A stretch of DNA of 64,000 nucleotides from Sphaerodactylus townsendi. Its lineage: Eukaryota. Of this stretch, positions 26,783 to 39,736 are shown piece after piece; the first letter of the stretch is position 1; each line of letters begins with the position of its first letter. The stretch lies in the NCBI RefSeq assembly GCF_021028975.2, contig NC_059433.1:93620001-93684000 (forward strand), in the 5' to 3' direction. The notes under the pieces are model-generated. The model was not told the DNA's origin and did not search any database. It saw only the letters and a list, made by a program, of their open reading frames with translations. Position numbers and translations under genes: made by a program.

Positions 26783-29700
26783 CCCAACCCTGATTCCCTA
26801 CTGGTGGCCAAGAGAGACCTTGCGAAGATGAGAAGAAGTGGACAAGCTTCTTGCAAACCACAGTGTGAAATGTTGACTTTGATAGGTAACAATGCTACAG
26901 GCCTTTGCTATGGTGGCTCTTTCTGTCACTGAAAGCACCCTTATTTAATATCAGAGTGTTTTGCAATTAGGATAAGGATGAAAACTGCGAAAGATGGGTC
27001 CCCACTTCTTGTTCTGAGATGCAGAGAACATTTTTCAGGTTTTTGGACATCTCCATCCTCCCCTGCTTTTGCAGATTGGGGTCATTATATAACTTCATTC
27101 TCCTTTGCCACGGTATTTCAGTAAGAAGACTTAATAGACCCTATCAAGAAATTATCATCAGAATGCTTGAGACAAGGAGATTCTTTCTGCTTGTGGCAAT
27201 TCCAATCTGCATCTGGGTCAAGCATAGATTCACTATAGCATGAAGAAAGCTGCTGCTTTGAAGAGCCAGCAAAAGGTTAAAAGAGGTTCAGCAAGTACTA
27301 GATGAAAAGGCAGCATTCTCAATTTACTAGGATTATTCCTGCCTTGTGCCTTTAATAGATTGTGTTCATGTTTGCTCTTTCTTGCACTGTGAGTTACATA
27401 AATTGCTATGCAAGCACAAGATAATGTTTTCAAATCTACTCATTGGCCCATTTATCTCCTGCATGATAATCTGCCAGAAGATCAGGGAGGGGGAAAAGGG
27501 GGGAAAACATTATAAAGCTGTGAATGTCAGCTCCCTTGGGCTGGCAAGGTGTCATCAACTCAGTGCTAGCTCTGCTGACTCATGCAAACATCTATCCTCA
27601 GCAGCATTAATTTTCTTAGCCATAACATTATGTGCTGGAAAGGGATAGGAAGGAAGCAAAGTCATCTGAAAAAATATAGGCTAAATTTGTACAGCCTGCA
27701 TAGAAAATATGAAGTCAATAGGCAAGAGGGAAGCTAAACAACATACTGGTGATCTTTTTTTTTTTAGAAGTGCTGGGCACTTTCTTCAGACATTCTTCTG
27801 CCCGCCACCCACTGAACTATCAGTGAGCTATTGAAGAGCAGCACAGGGTCTGCAAAACTGATGAAAGTTCAAAAGCTGAGTTTGCTAACTCAGACCCAAA
27901 GCAATTTGCAAGCTAATTTGTTTGCAAAAGAGCTGGACTTTATTGCACAGTGCAGGCTAAATTTTCTGAAGTGACTTCCTTTTATCAAGCAGGCCCAGTT
28001 CTTAGATTTTGTATTTGCCAGTGCTTTGCGAAACTGATGTGAAACTGACCAAGACGCAGCCAAGTTGGCAGATGAGCAGAATATTAAGCAAATCAAATAA
28101 TTTCTGAATACAGGCTACACCACTAACATATGTCAAGGCAAACAAGTATTTGAGTCTGTGCACCAGATCCTGGTTTCTCAAACAAATTGCAGTTTTCGTG
28201 ATTTCACATAATATCTAAACTGAGCCACACATGCATTCAGAAATCACAACAAACTCTTTCCTTTTCCCTCACCACTCTCCTTACTCAGTCATGGAGATTG
28301 AACACTTCTTCACGGAGTATGTTAGGATGTTTCTAATCATGTGATAGCACTGTCTGGTTGATACTGATGTTCATGAGATATGTTTGTAAGACTGATCCAA
28401 ATATACCAATAAAAATTTATTTTAAAAAAAGATACTCTGATGTGCACACTTTGAATGTAACATCAGCCCATTTTAGCTGTCTTGATTATAAGGAATTTTC
28501 TATAATTTGGTCTTGTTTTGATAACTGTTTTGATAACATGCATTTGCTTTTGTAATTCCAATGGTTTAATTTGGCATTGTTTGCAGAAGAAACTATTAAG
28601 ACTATATTCCTCAGATGTGTGCTATTACAAGTCTAAACATACTTTGATAACAATCTAATTTCATAGGCACCAATTCCATTTGGATTGTAAGTGACCAAAA
28701 TCCTTTTTTTTGAATAATATCTTTATATAACCAAACTGCTTTTATCTTATATCTTAATTCTTAATTTTTTAGACATTTCTAAGTACCGGTAAATACTCAG
28801 ACTGATACAAGAGTCTAATTGTCCTAATTGTTTAATTTACATGTATATGGGTCTAATATGTTGTGACTAGATCACAGAAGAAGGCCTGGGAGCCAAAATG
28901 CATCAACCCTATATGTGGCATGTGGTTTTAGTTCATCAACTCTATATTTGCTGCAAAAAGCTTATGGTGTCCTTATTTTAAATATATATTTGCAGTTATA
29001 CTTTGTAATAAAAATATCTCATTGTCTAACTGAATTATATTTCTTCCAATTCTTTGGGTACCCACTTTGTTTCTAGATTGGGTGATTTTCCCTTTGTCTA
29101 TCTAGATTTGGGAGTTTTGCCTGGGGAAGGAAGAGTTAAATGTCGGAACTATAACACCACAACCTGTGATGTTATATCCCTGTGTTGTTGTTTTTTCAGT
29201 CAAAGCTCAGCACCTCAATCTTGTCCTTTTTCTGTGAGATTACTTCCTCCCACCAAAATGTAACCTAAAAAAATCTTCCAAAATTGTCTTCAGGATATTC
29301 TCAGTGTTAAAACAACAATATAGTCTGAAAACCCATAGGAGCATGTATGACTGCAGCATCCCCATCAGTCTCAACCCTCTACTGGTCCCTGGCCTTTAGC
29401 ATCTTCATAGGCAACAAATGCTTCATTTCTGCTATCTCCATATCTCATAAGAGAAATGTAAGTGCATCCACTATCTGTAGTCACTAAAGGATATTTAGTT
29501 CTTTTGTTGCCCCAGGGATCCTAATCTCTGGAGATCACTTATAATTTTGGAACATTCCGTGCCTCATCTGGAGGTGGGCATCCTCAGAGTTAAATACATC
29601 CTCAGAGTTAAATACATAAAATCTGTTTTGCACGCATCTTACCTGCTTCCTGCCTCCCAATAGGAATGACTGTGGTGTGTGAATTCAGATATCCCAAGAA

Positions 29701-30656
29701 GTCACAATTTGTACAAACTCTGGTTAACAAACTAGCTACTGACCTTGTTTTGAAATCTTGGTTTTGGGCTAACAAGGCTTGGTTTGTTTCAACTTCAGCA
29801 TTCAGGTGTCACAGCTAACAGCTCTAAGCATGGACCGAGTTGATATCCAGGTAACCCATGGTCAGATAGGGGAGCCATTTCTGCTGGGATCAGCTGAGTG
29901 CCCTATCAGTTATAATCTTGATATCATGTACAGCTGAGTCTCAGGGAACAGAACAAGGGTAAGAGTCAATCTTAATTCAAGGGCTTGACATCAAGAGCTT
30001 GACACATGACATCAGTCTTTCCCATCCCATATTTAAAATGCACAGCTTCAGGCACAGCTTCATAGCCACTCGCGTCTGATTAACAACAGCCCATCCTTCA
30101 GACAGTGCACCTGGCTCCAGCTTCCCAAAGAATTTGCAAATGTCCACCACTTGATTTCATCAGCAAACCTGCTAAATCTCTCTGGCCTCTCATTCCCCAA
30201 ACACTAACTTAATCTTAAACCTTCTGTTCAACTATTGAGCACCTTCAACCCTCCAGAGTTTTTTTTAACAGTCCAAGCTAATAAGCACTTGGAATATCCA
30301 TCAAATCATTTCCCACTGCATTGTCCATGCCTGAGAATGGAGCTTTGCTTTGTCCCAGAAAATTTGCTCCTCTTATTACTGCCAGAAAATCAATTTTTCT
30401 TATAACTAGACCCCTAAATGTCATGGCAAATTGCACTTGGATTTCCTCCTGCGAGAAGTGCTGGTTGTTTCTTCCACTCCCCTTGGACCTCTCCACTTCT
30501 CGAATAGCAAACACTGTCCTTCCAAATACCTCATTCTATTCCGGCATCTCTGTATTTTCTAGGCTTTTAAATTGTGTGTTTTGTGACTGTATTTTTATTA
30601 TTTTTGATCCTCTAATAAAATTGTAACTCTTTTCCTTTCAATTCTGAACTCTTTTT

Positions 30657-30832
30657 TGCCACTAAATCGCAACTGACATAGGTGATCTCATAGGGTTTTT
30701 AAGGAAAGAGACATTCAGTGGTGATTTGCCATAGTCTGCCTTTGTGTAGCAACCCTGGTATTCTTTGGTGGTCTCCCATCCAAAAGCTGACCTGCTTAGC
30801 TTCTAAAATCTGATGAGATCAGAGTACCCAGG
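30657..30832 (-). mobile_element. 5S rRNA-headed SINE
   Basis: Reverse complement reads CTGATCTCATCAGATTTTAGAAGCTAAGCAGGTCAGC...GGATGGGAGACCACC, i.e. 5S box A/box C. Confidence 0.75.
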
Positions 30833-30891
30833 TTAAGGTAACCTACTTTCTAATGCAGAGAAGTTTCAGCAATGAGAAGCAAACTTTGGTT

Positions 30892-31163
30892 TGGCAGTTG
30901 TGGGTTTTCTGGGCTGTGGAGTCATTGTGTGGTAGTTTTTGTTCCTAACGTTTTGCCCACATCTATGGCTGGCATCTTCAGAGGCATGTCACAATGAGAA
31001 ATGTGCTGCCATGGAGAGAAACACATCCCATTCTGACATGCTTCTGAAGATGCCAGTCATAGATGCAGGCAAAATGTTAGGAGCAAAAACTTCCAGACCA
31101 CGGCCACACAGCCCAGAAAACCCACAACAGCCAGTTGATTCCGGCCATGAAAGCCTTCAACAA
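30892..31163 (+). mobile_element. Penelope-like element remnant: inverted pLTR pair plus 3' extension; decayed hammerhead cores
   Basis: ~115-bp imperfect inverted arms; CTGAAGATGCCAG.CATAGATG..GGCAAAA.GTTAGGA in both arms; unpaired tail GTTGATTCCGGCCATGAAAGCCTTCAACAA. Confidence 0.8.
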
Positions 31164-31489
31164 AACTTTATCTTTAAATGAATAATCAGCCAAACTACAA
31201 ATCTGTTTTATATAAAGATAAAATGCTGTATTTTATACTAGGTTAAAATGTAGGAAATAATTATCAGTGCAACTGAGCAACTGACTTGAGTGGAGTTCTG
31301 AACAGAGCAGTATTGCTCTGTCAATGAACATACTATGCAGTACATGTTGATCAGAAATGCAGTTTTGGGAGAAAAAGACTCCCAGCACCTGGCCATTGGT
31401 ATATGATTTGCTCAGTTAAATGTTCTCTCAACCACATGATTCCCACTCACTGAAGTTTCATCAGGAATGGAAGTCTGGAATCTCAGCTG

Positions 31490-31712
31490 AGATTGCCAAC
31501 TCTTGTTTAAGAAATTCCTGGACACTTGGGTTTGGTATCTAAGGAGGGTGATGTTTAAGGACAGGAGGGTTCGGAATGGATGGAATACTGCCTTTTCTCT
31601 AGCAGCCATTTCTGAAGCTGCCATTTCCCCTAGGCCCAGGTGAACTATAATTCTGCAGTCATTGGCAATTCTGAGAGAAATCCTGGCCTCACTTGGAAGC
31701 TGGTAACACTAG
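31490..31712. mobile_element. Dispersed non-autonomous DNA-transposon family copy (as 15878, 26582)
   Basis: GATTGCCAAC...AAATTCCTGG...AAGCTGCCATTTCCCC...CTGGTAACACTA. Confidence 0.5.
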
Positions 31713-32771
31713 TCAGCTCAAGAATTCAGCCTGGGTCTCCAAGTATACTGTAACTTTGCATTTGAAATAAACATTACCATTTAAAGAAGCCACCATAAAA
31801 CAATCATGTAGAATCTTTTAAATTTACCTAAATTTCCTGCCCCTGGATATCCTGGGAAAAAGCTGTGTAGCTGTCCTTGCGTTCCCAAAGAATCCTGGAA
31901 TTCTAGTTTAATGTGGGTGGTAAGAATTCCCTGTTCGAGAGCCCTAGTACCTTCATATAACTATGATTTTGAGAGAATTTATCTGTACATAAGTAGCATA
32001 TGTACCGTAGTTACTATTTGATGCTGTCTTCTCTTTAAGCATACCTGGAGAACCAGCAGAAACAAAGCATCTGATCCTAAAGAAGCTTGCATAGTGCAAT
32101 AAAATGTTAGAATATGTTCCAGTACTTTTCCTCACTGTTAATCACAGCATTGTTCTTCTGCCTAGCAGCCTAGCTGTAGTCCTTTATCCCTTACATGTCC
32201 TCTCTTTCTCATTGAGCAAGCTTCCTGTATCTTTGTTCTCTACTTGTACTTTCCCTCTGTTTCTTTCTTCTTCCTTGACTGTGATTTCCTGGTTCTCAAG
32301 CTTGCATGGCTGACTCTGACCTCATTCTGAACACTGTGCCCCGGCAACAAGGATCAGGCTTATGTAATTCTGTCAGTGGACTGTCATTTCTGACAGTTCA
32401 ATTGATTGTGCCTAATTTGCACTAACCAAAGCCCAAGTTGCAAGACTGTTTGGTTTCACAGACTTCTCAGAGATATTTTTCTACTTGATTTTTTTGTAAT
32501 AGAAACCCTATTTACCTGAAAGGAAGACTAGGATTTCGGGGGAGGGTGGTGGTGGTATGTGTGCCATCAAGAAAAAGAGGAGGGTTCTTAAAGTCACAAA
32601 CAAATTACAGTTATGTGAAATATTAGAAACCATTTTAAAAGAGATCATCTAACATTCAGGGTCCTTTCTTTTTTGAATAAACACATTTTAATTTTTACAC
32701 ACCAAGGCCCGGGGTTATTATGAAATGTGTGAATTGCACATAGTGTGTGTATCCCTTGCACATTATATATG

Positions 32772-33945
32772 ATCAGCAATAAAGCCCATTGTGAAGGAAA
32801 ATACAATGGGCTCCAGAAAACTAATCATCCCAGACATTAACAAGAGACATGGCTAGTACATATCTACAGGAAATGGTGCCCAGCACAAATGCTGAAATTG
32901 CATCCTCACCCAAACATCCCAGCTTTGCCAAGGAAGAACAACAGGATGCCTGTGAAGATGGGGAGAGTTCTCCCATCTTCATAGGCACCCCAGCCTCATT
33001 TGCAAAGTTGGAGCTAGCAGGGTATCTGTGATGAGGGGAAGACTTCTCATCTCCATAGGCAACCCCATATTTGCAAAGACTTGGTCCATATTTGGACCAA
33101 GACTTTGCTAAGGTTGGGAAGAAGCCAGCAGGGTGCCTGTGAAGATGGAAAGAACTCTCGACCTCTCCCTCTACATCCTGCCACCCCTTCTTTTAATCTT
33201 CTCTATATTTGCCCCACTACCTCAACTCTCTTTCTGCCCCCTACCCTAGCTCTTTTTTTCCACCCCACTCCCCAGCTCTGTTTTAACTTTATGACCTGCT
33301 ACCCCAACTCTCTTTCTGCACCCCATAGTCCAGCTCTCTCTGTCTGTCCACTTATTCCAGCTTTCTGTTTCTCTCTTCCTATCCCATTCTCTATTCTGTA
33401 CATTTCTGCCACCCTATATCAATTTTCATTCTCTCTTTCTGGCCACCTACCCTAGCTGTCTCTTTCTGCCTTTCCCCAGCACTCATTCTTTTTCTGGCCC
33501 TACTCCAACTCTATCTTTCTCTGTTCTACCCCAGCCCAGTTCTTGGTACTTTGCCTGCAGTGTTCTGGGGGGACATGGTGAGGCCTCTTCCCCCATAGCC
33601 CCACTCTCATTGCCTCAACCAGAGCCATTCTTGATGCAGCATGGCTTTCCCTCTGCTCTCCCCCCCACCCCAGCCTGGGACAGGGTGGCCTGTTTAGTCC
33701 TAGCTGCTGGAACTTGGCTCACTGCTAATTTACTCAAGAGCTGGTTCAGGCAAGGAATAAGACAGCTGTGTGAGAACTTCAGAGCTTTAAGAAATGTTAC
33801 CAGCTAAGAGAAGGAAACTGGGATTTTTAGTCCTGTCAGCCTCTCTGTACCTGAAAACTGGCACCCTTTGGACTATACATCCCAAAGTCCTTCACTTTTT
33901 CTGGATCATTATCGGGAACATGCTGCTTAATTATATGTAGGGAGA
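32772..33945 (-). mobile_element. Probable non-autonomous Helitron-like element with internal tandem repeats
   Basis: Subterminal hairpin AGCCCATTGT-N10-ACAATGGGCT at the left end; internal ~80-90-bp repeats (GCCTGTGAAGATGG...) at 32920-33150; CCCAGCTCTCTTTCTG-type repeats at 33160-33540; right end ...AATTATATGTAGGGAGAT; no TIR or TSD. Confidence 0.4.
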
Positions 33946-34920
33946 TTGTATGACAAGATGATGGGTATCATTAAAAGCATTAGAATTAACAGAATTAAGT
34001 GGGATAGGGTTGATTAAATGTTAACCTTTACTTATTTACTTATTTTCCACCTTCCTCCACAATGGGGAACCATAGCATCTTACAATAGTGAAACAAAAAA
34101 TGGAACAGAAACAAACAGGAAGTGAGGAGGCTTCTGAGTTCCACACAGGTCTTCGTCTTGTCTGCTAATTGACCTTCTGCCAGGCTCTAGGATATAACAC
34201 TCAAGCCAAAGGATAAGAGTTTTTTGGCAGACACCTCTGGGTACACACAGCTCTGAAGTAACTGTGAGCAGAGAGGAGAGGAGAACAAACTCAGTGAGAG
34301 GTTATTTAGCTGCTGCTAGCCAGATAGGTAGCAGGATTTTTGCCAGTTCTTCACCTGGCAGATGTATCTCTGGGAACACCCATGTTATAACAACTTGTAA
34401 GCAGATATGATATCCTCGTGGTGCTAGCTTAGGATAGCCAGATTTCCTACTTTGATGGGCAACCTTCTTTCCCCTGCTACCTAATATAGTAATGGAAAAA
34501 AATGTGGAAATTGAAATGGTGTCCTACAATGTTTCAACTACAATTGTATCTAGATAACCTACAATTATATCTATATAACCAGAAGTAACATATGCTGATT
34601 ACATACCATGTGCTTGCTGCATGATGGGGGCGAATGTCCATCACAGCAAGATTTCTTCTATGGACCTATTTTCTGGGGGCCCACTATCACTTTCCATTAT
34701 CTCCATGGCAAGTGAGACCACTTTTAGCATGACTTTTAAATTGCTTCACTGCCAGAGCATGGAGATTTGCCAGTGAGCACAGCTTTGCCCTGGAGATCTT
34801 CCCTCCACCCACCGCCAGCCTTCCCTCGCCCAGCCACCCACACCTTCCTCCTTAACCCTACTCTTCCATGTTGCTGGCTGCTGCAAGTTAAAGAAAAAGA
34901 ATTTACTCACTTTACTCAAT

Positions 34921-35270
34921 CTAGAATCATAGAGTTGGAAGAGACCCCAAGGGCCATCAAGTCCAACCCCTGCAATGAGGGAACACACAGTCAAAGCACC
35001 CCTGACATATGATCATCCAGCCTCTCTTTTAAAACCTCCAAAGAAGGAGACTCCACCACACTCTGAGGTAGTGCATTCCGCTGTCAAACAGCCCTTACTG
35101 TCAGGAAGTTTTTCCTGATGTTTAGGTGAAATCTCTTTTCCTTCACCTTGAACCCATTACTCTTGGTCTTAGTCTCTGGAGCAGCAGAAAACAAGCTTGC
35201 TCCCTCACCAACATGACATCTCTTTGAATATCTAAACATGGTTATCATGTCACCTCTTAACCTTCTATTT
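34921..35270 (-). mobile_element. 5'-truncated CR1 LINE (ORF2 C-terminus plus 3'UTR)
   Basis: Peptide RRLRGDMITMFRY...SNGFKVKEKRFHLNIRKNFLTVRAV is the CR1 ORF2 C-terminus; tail CTCTATGATTCTAG; different subfamily from the 56-61 kb copy. Confidence 0.9.
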
Positions 35271-36611
35271 AAGATGCCTTTAAGAATCACTTGATGGGGG
35301 GAGTTAAGAGAACCATGTCTGGAGAATTCTCTATAGAAAAACTGCACACCCAAGAGGGAGTGCCTTCTCATGTGTAAACAGAAAAACATGAGGAGACCCC
35401 TCTGCAAGCCCACTGCATACTGATGAGCCCATGAAGAGCTCCCAGGTAAGTGTTCCATGTGTAAAGGGCCACTATGCCACTGCAGCACACCATTAGTCTC
35501 TGTCCCCACTTGCCTTTCTCCCAGGGTTCTTAGCTAGCATGATCTTCTCCACTTCCTACACATTTTACTTTTCTCATAAAATTCAAAGCAGTTGATGGCA
35601 TGTTAAAATATCCAATTTTTTGTAGAAAAAAAGTTATACCATAGAACATTTGTCTTAAAAATAATTCTATATCTGATTTTATATATCTAACCAAGTTTAA
35701 ATATATAAATAGCACTTAAATTGTAATTACATCAGAGGATCTTGATTGAAAGAATTGATTTCTGGGTGTTTTTTTGCACAGAAAATGAAAATGAATTCTC
35801 ATCTGTTAATATAACCATTAAAATGTATTTTTACAGCCTAATGGAGCCTTTGCACCATATTTATTGCTAGAGAAAGAACCTCTCTCTAACTGCCTGCATT
35901 TACCTGATCAATTATGCATACTATTATTAATCATACATTTTTAACATTTTAGAAAACCCATACAATGCTACAGTGCTTAATTCATTATTAACTTTCTGCT
36001 TGTGAATTTATGTCAAGCCACATTAGTATTGTTAGCATTAGATTTTAATTAAAACATGTACAAACAATAATCCATTTTTTAAAATTAAATAAACAAATTA
36101 AAAATATTTCACAAGTTTCCTACGACTTTCTTGGAGCTTATTAGGAGCTCAGGTCTAAATCATGAGATGTAGAATATGGATAAATATTGCAGTAGGTGTT
36201 CATTGAATCCTATCCAAGGCTAGAAGTATGCATAACCTGCTTGCCGTGTGTGGGGTGCAGTGCAGATAGGCTTTTTATTTTCACACTTCTGCAAAGTCTT
36301 GAAGGGGTCATGGGAATGGGGTCTGAACCAAGAGGAGAAACTAGCAATGAGAGCAATTATGGAGATATATGTCCAGGTAAAGTTATTTTCCATATTTCTG
36401 TGCAATATTGAAGTAGTGTAAATATTTGGGTGGTATAGGTTGTGGCTTTTTTCTCTTGTTGTTTTTTAAAATGTAGTGACCTTTAAACATCAGATATATG
36501 CCCTTTGAACTTGCTTTTACTAGGCCTATCCAGTATCCTTTAAACGATGCCAGGATGTTACAGTTTTCTTCCACTATGATTGTATGGACATGGCCCTTCT
36601 TCATTTAGTCT

Positions 36612-37133
36612 GAAGATTTATTTATTTATTTATTTATGGGATTTCTATACCGCCCAATCCCCAAAGGGCTCTGGGCGGTGTACAGCATGGGTTCCACATA
36701 CAATATATAAACAAAACCCCATTAAATTAAAAGTAAGTTTAAAAGTTTAAATATTTAAAATGCAGCAGTAGTCAACAAAATGGCGTCAGCAATACCCCAG
36801 ATTGAACCCTCCCAAGAAAGGGGAACAAGACAGTAACAGAAGTGGGTCCCCTAGATGACAGGGGGACTCCGAAAACCGGAGGAATAGAATAGAAGGGGCA
36901 CCTAATCAGCTGACTGGAGCACTCCAAAAGCCGGGTGAAACAACTCAGTCTTACAGGCCCTGCAAAATTCACCAAGATCCCGCAGGTGGACAGCTGGAGG
37001 GAGAGTGTTCCACCAGGCAGAGACCCAAGGCTGAAAAAAAGCCCTAGCCCGAGTGGAGAGCCAACCCGCATCCATTGAGGGGCAAGGGACCACCAGTGAA
37101 ATTGGCCTCTGCTGAACGCGGGAGGCCGAGTAA
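36612..37133 (-). mobile_element. L2-clade LINE 3' end, running into a gap
   Basis: (TAAA)n tail, GGGCGGTATAGAAAT terminal motif, peptide RARAF...WWNTLPP...FCRACKTELF. Confidence 0.8.
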
Positions 37134-37553
37134 NNNNNNNNNNNNNNNNNNNNNNNNNNNNNNNNNNNNNNNNNNNNNNNNNNNNNNNNNNNNNNNNNNN
37201 NNNNNNNNNNNNNNNNNNNNNNNNNNNNNNNNNNNNNNNNNNNNNNNNNNNNNNNNNNNNNNNNNNNNNNNNNNNNNNNNNNNNNNNNNNNNNNNNNNNN
37301 NNNNNNNNNNNNNNNNNNNNNNNNNNNNNNNNNNNNNNNNNNNNNNNNNNNNNNNNNNNNNNNNNNNNNNNNNNNNNNNNNNNNNNNNNNNNNNNNNNNN
37401 NNNNNNNNNNNNNNNNNNNNNNNNNNNNNNNNNNNNNNNNNNNNNNNNNNNNNNNNNNNNNNNNNNNNNNNNNNNNNNNNNNNNNNNNNNNNNNNNNNNN
37501 NNNNNNNNNNNNNNNNNNNNNNNNNNNNNNNNNNNNNNNNNNNNNNNNNNNNN
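37134..37553. other. Assembly gap (N run)
   Basis: Run of Ns. Confidence 1.
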
Positions 37554-37700
37554 CTCCATTTTATCTTCATAACAACCTTGTGAGGTAGGTTAGGCTGAGT
37601 GTATGTGGTTGGCCCAAGGTCATCCAGCAAGCTTCCATGGCTGAGTGAAGACTTGAACCAGATCCTAGCTCAACAGTCTAACCACTGCACCATGCTGGTC
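37554..37700 (-). mobile_element. tRNA/MIR-like SINE fragment
   Basis: CTCCATTTTATC...ACAACCTTGTGAGGTAGG...GCCCAAGGTCATCCAG...TAACCACTGCACCATGCTGG. Confidence 0.65.
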
Positions 37701-38042
37701 CTTGCAGATGGCTGCACTGGAGCAGCATTATCGACTCTTAAAAGACAATGTAATTTGTCAATGGATGATTAAATTTGTTTCCCACCATTAAATCCAGAAG
37801 TCTAATTGTATTTGCTGGTTTTAGCATATAAGTTTCTAGAGCATGTCTGATGAAATAAGTGCATGGCTTCATAAGCTCTGGGACACAATACATGGCCTAG
37901 TCTTCAAGAGAACTCACCGTGTGACCCTCACTCATGAACTGAGTTTGGCTTCCTCCCTGGTTTTGAAATTTTAACAATTGACATACAAACCCAACCAACA
38001 GAATACTGGCCTTTGGCTGTCAGTTGTCCTCTAGAATTCAAG

Positions 38043-38368
38043 CAGTGGTGTAGCTACCACAGGAAAGGGTGGGACAGGCGCCCTGAGCAGATGCCATTGG
38101 GGTCGCGTGGGGGTAGAAAATAGTCCCCACACCCCTCCTCCTTCCCCCCTTTCCCTGCTCAACCAGGCCCGGCAGAGGCCGCTGCCAGGCCGGCCTCACC
38201 TGGCCAGGCCTAGTGGAGGCCGCTGCTGGGCGCCTCTGTTTGGCCCCGCTCCGCCAGGCCCCATTGCCGGCTAAGGTAAGTGGGGCATGGGGGGTGCAGG
38301 GCCCCATGCGGGGGGTGCAGAAAACTCACAGTCTGCCCTGGGCTCCATTTTCCCTAGCTACACCCCTG
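38043..38368. mobile_element. hAT non-autonomous element (GC-rich interior)
   Basis: TIRs CAGTGGTGTAGCTA / TAGCTACACCCCTG; 8-bp TSD AATTCAAG/CATTCAAG. Confidence 0.85.
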
Positions 38369-38627
38369 CATTCAAGGTAAACTGTCAGCATATTAAACAC
38401 GTTTTCTGTTTATTTAGCACCTTGTTAATTAAAAAAAGCGAACAGAAACATCTTTCAAAATGACAAAACTGTTCCAGGGATCAAAGAAGGAGGAGCATTA
38501 TGTGCAGCTAGCTTCCAGTAAAACTCTTCTCCCAGAGCTCAGTTCCAGAGAGGAAAGGTATGTTTTAACTGAATGCAGTGAAGGTGCTTTCAAATCAGGC
38601 TTGGTGGTCTAAAAAATATTACATCTC

Positions 38628-38819
38628 CAGGGTTGTAATCTCCTGGAGTTGCAACTGATCTCCAGACTACAGATATCAGTTGTCCTGGAGAAAATGGCTG
38701 CTTTGGAGGGTGGACTTTATCACATTATACCATTGCTAAGGTTCCTCCTCAGACTTTCCCCTCCACAGGTTCCACCTCCCCCCTAAACCATCAGGAATTC
38801 CCCAAGTTAGACAACCCTA
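38628..38819. mobile_element. Dispersed non-autonomous DNA-transposon family copy
   Basis: CAGGGTTGT...ACAACCCTA termini; core matches 26582. Confidence 0.6.
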
Positions 38820-39621
38820 AAGCCAAATGGCAGATTGCTGTCTGCAATTTATAATCTAAAGCGTGGGAAACAACAGAGGAGAGTAAAGACACAGATTCAA
38901 ATATCCGTTCAGCCATGGTGTTCATAGGTTGCCCTTTGGTCAGTTACTTCTCCGTGTCTCAACCTGGCCTACCTCAGAAGGCTATTATGAATATAGATAC
39001 AGGGAAAATAATCCACTACACCACCTTTTGTTCGGCATGGCTTTTGGTGGGTGAGGTTAAGTTTGTAACGGGATTCCAGATCTGCACGCGTTCTTTTTAG
39101 CCTGATTTTAAGCCAATGTATGTGTATTTTAAATTATTTCCTGTTCCATGCTTTCAAACAATAAACGGACAGATAAATAGATGAGAGCCAGCAGTTAAAG
39201 GTAGCATAGAAATGTAAATAGATAAGCAGATAAACATGCATACTAATAAGGGAATTATTCCCCATACCCTTGTGTGGTTCAGTTGTGTGCACTACAGTCC
39301 CTTTGAAATCAATGGATGCTTAACTATACGCTAGAATAGATTATTGGCTGAGTCTGCTAATGTTGAGAGAAGTTCCTGTTTGCCTTTTTCAATCTAGAGG
39401 CAGCTTTACTGAGTGGGAATTTTGTGTTTAAAAGATGACGTTTTAGCAAAAAAGAAAGCATTACTACATTTCTAATTCAGCTTGATTCTGTTTTCCCCCA
39501 CTGTAAATGAGACAATTGTTACATTTTCCTGGCATATGAGAAGGCTCCCCAAAAGCACAGATCTCACTTTGTGATGCAACAAGAATGACAGTAATTTGAT
39601 GTTCCATGTTGTTCTTTTTCA

Positions 39622-39736
39622 TTAGTATCTAGTGGTAAACCCATTGAAGTCCAGCTTCGAGATCTCCCTCTCATTAGAAAAGTCGGCTCGTTCAATTCGA
39701 GAGCTGGGGCTTCCAACACTGGACAGCCAGGTCTTC
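39622..39736 (-). CDS. Candidate terminal coding exon of an unidentified host gene
   Basis: Strong acceptor on the minus strand: branch CTGAC ~32 nt upstream, tract CCTATTGTTTTCTCTTTACAG; phase-2 reading [37 protein letters not shown] (the phase-1 frame is also open to ~39564); locally retained CpGs in non-repeat DNA. Confidence 0.45.

Noticed and set aside
36902-37630. 165-242 aa ORFs spanning the second N gap
   Set aside because: Mostly X residues; the flanks are L2 and SINE sequence
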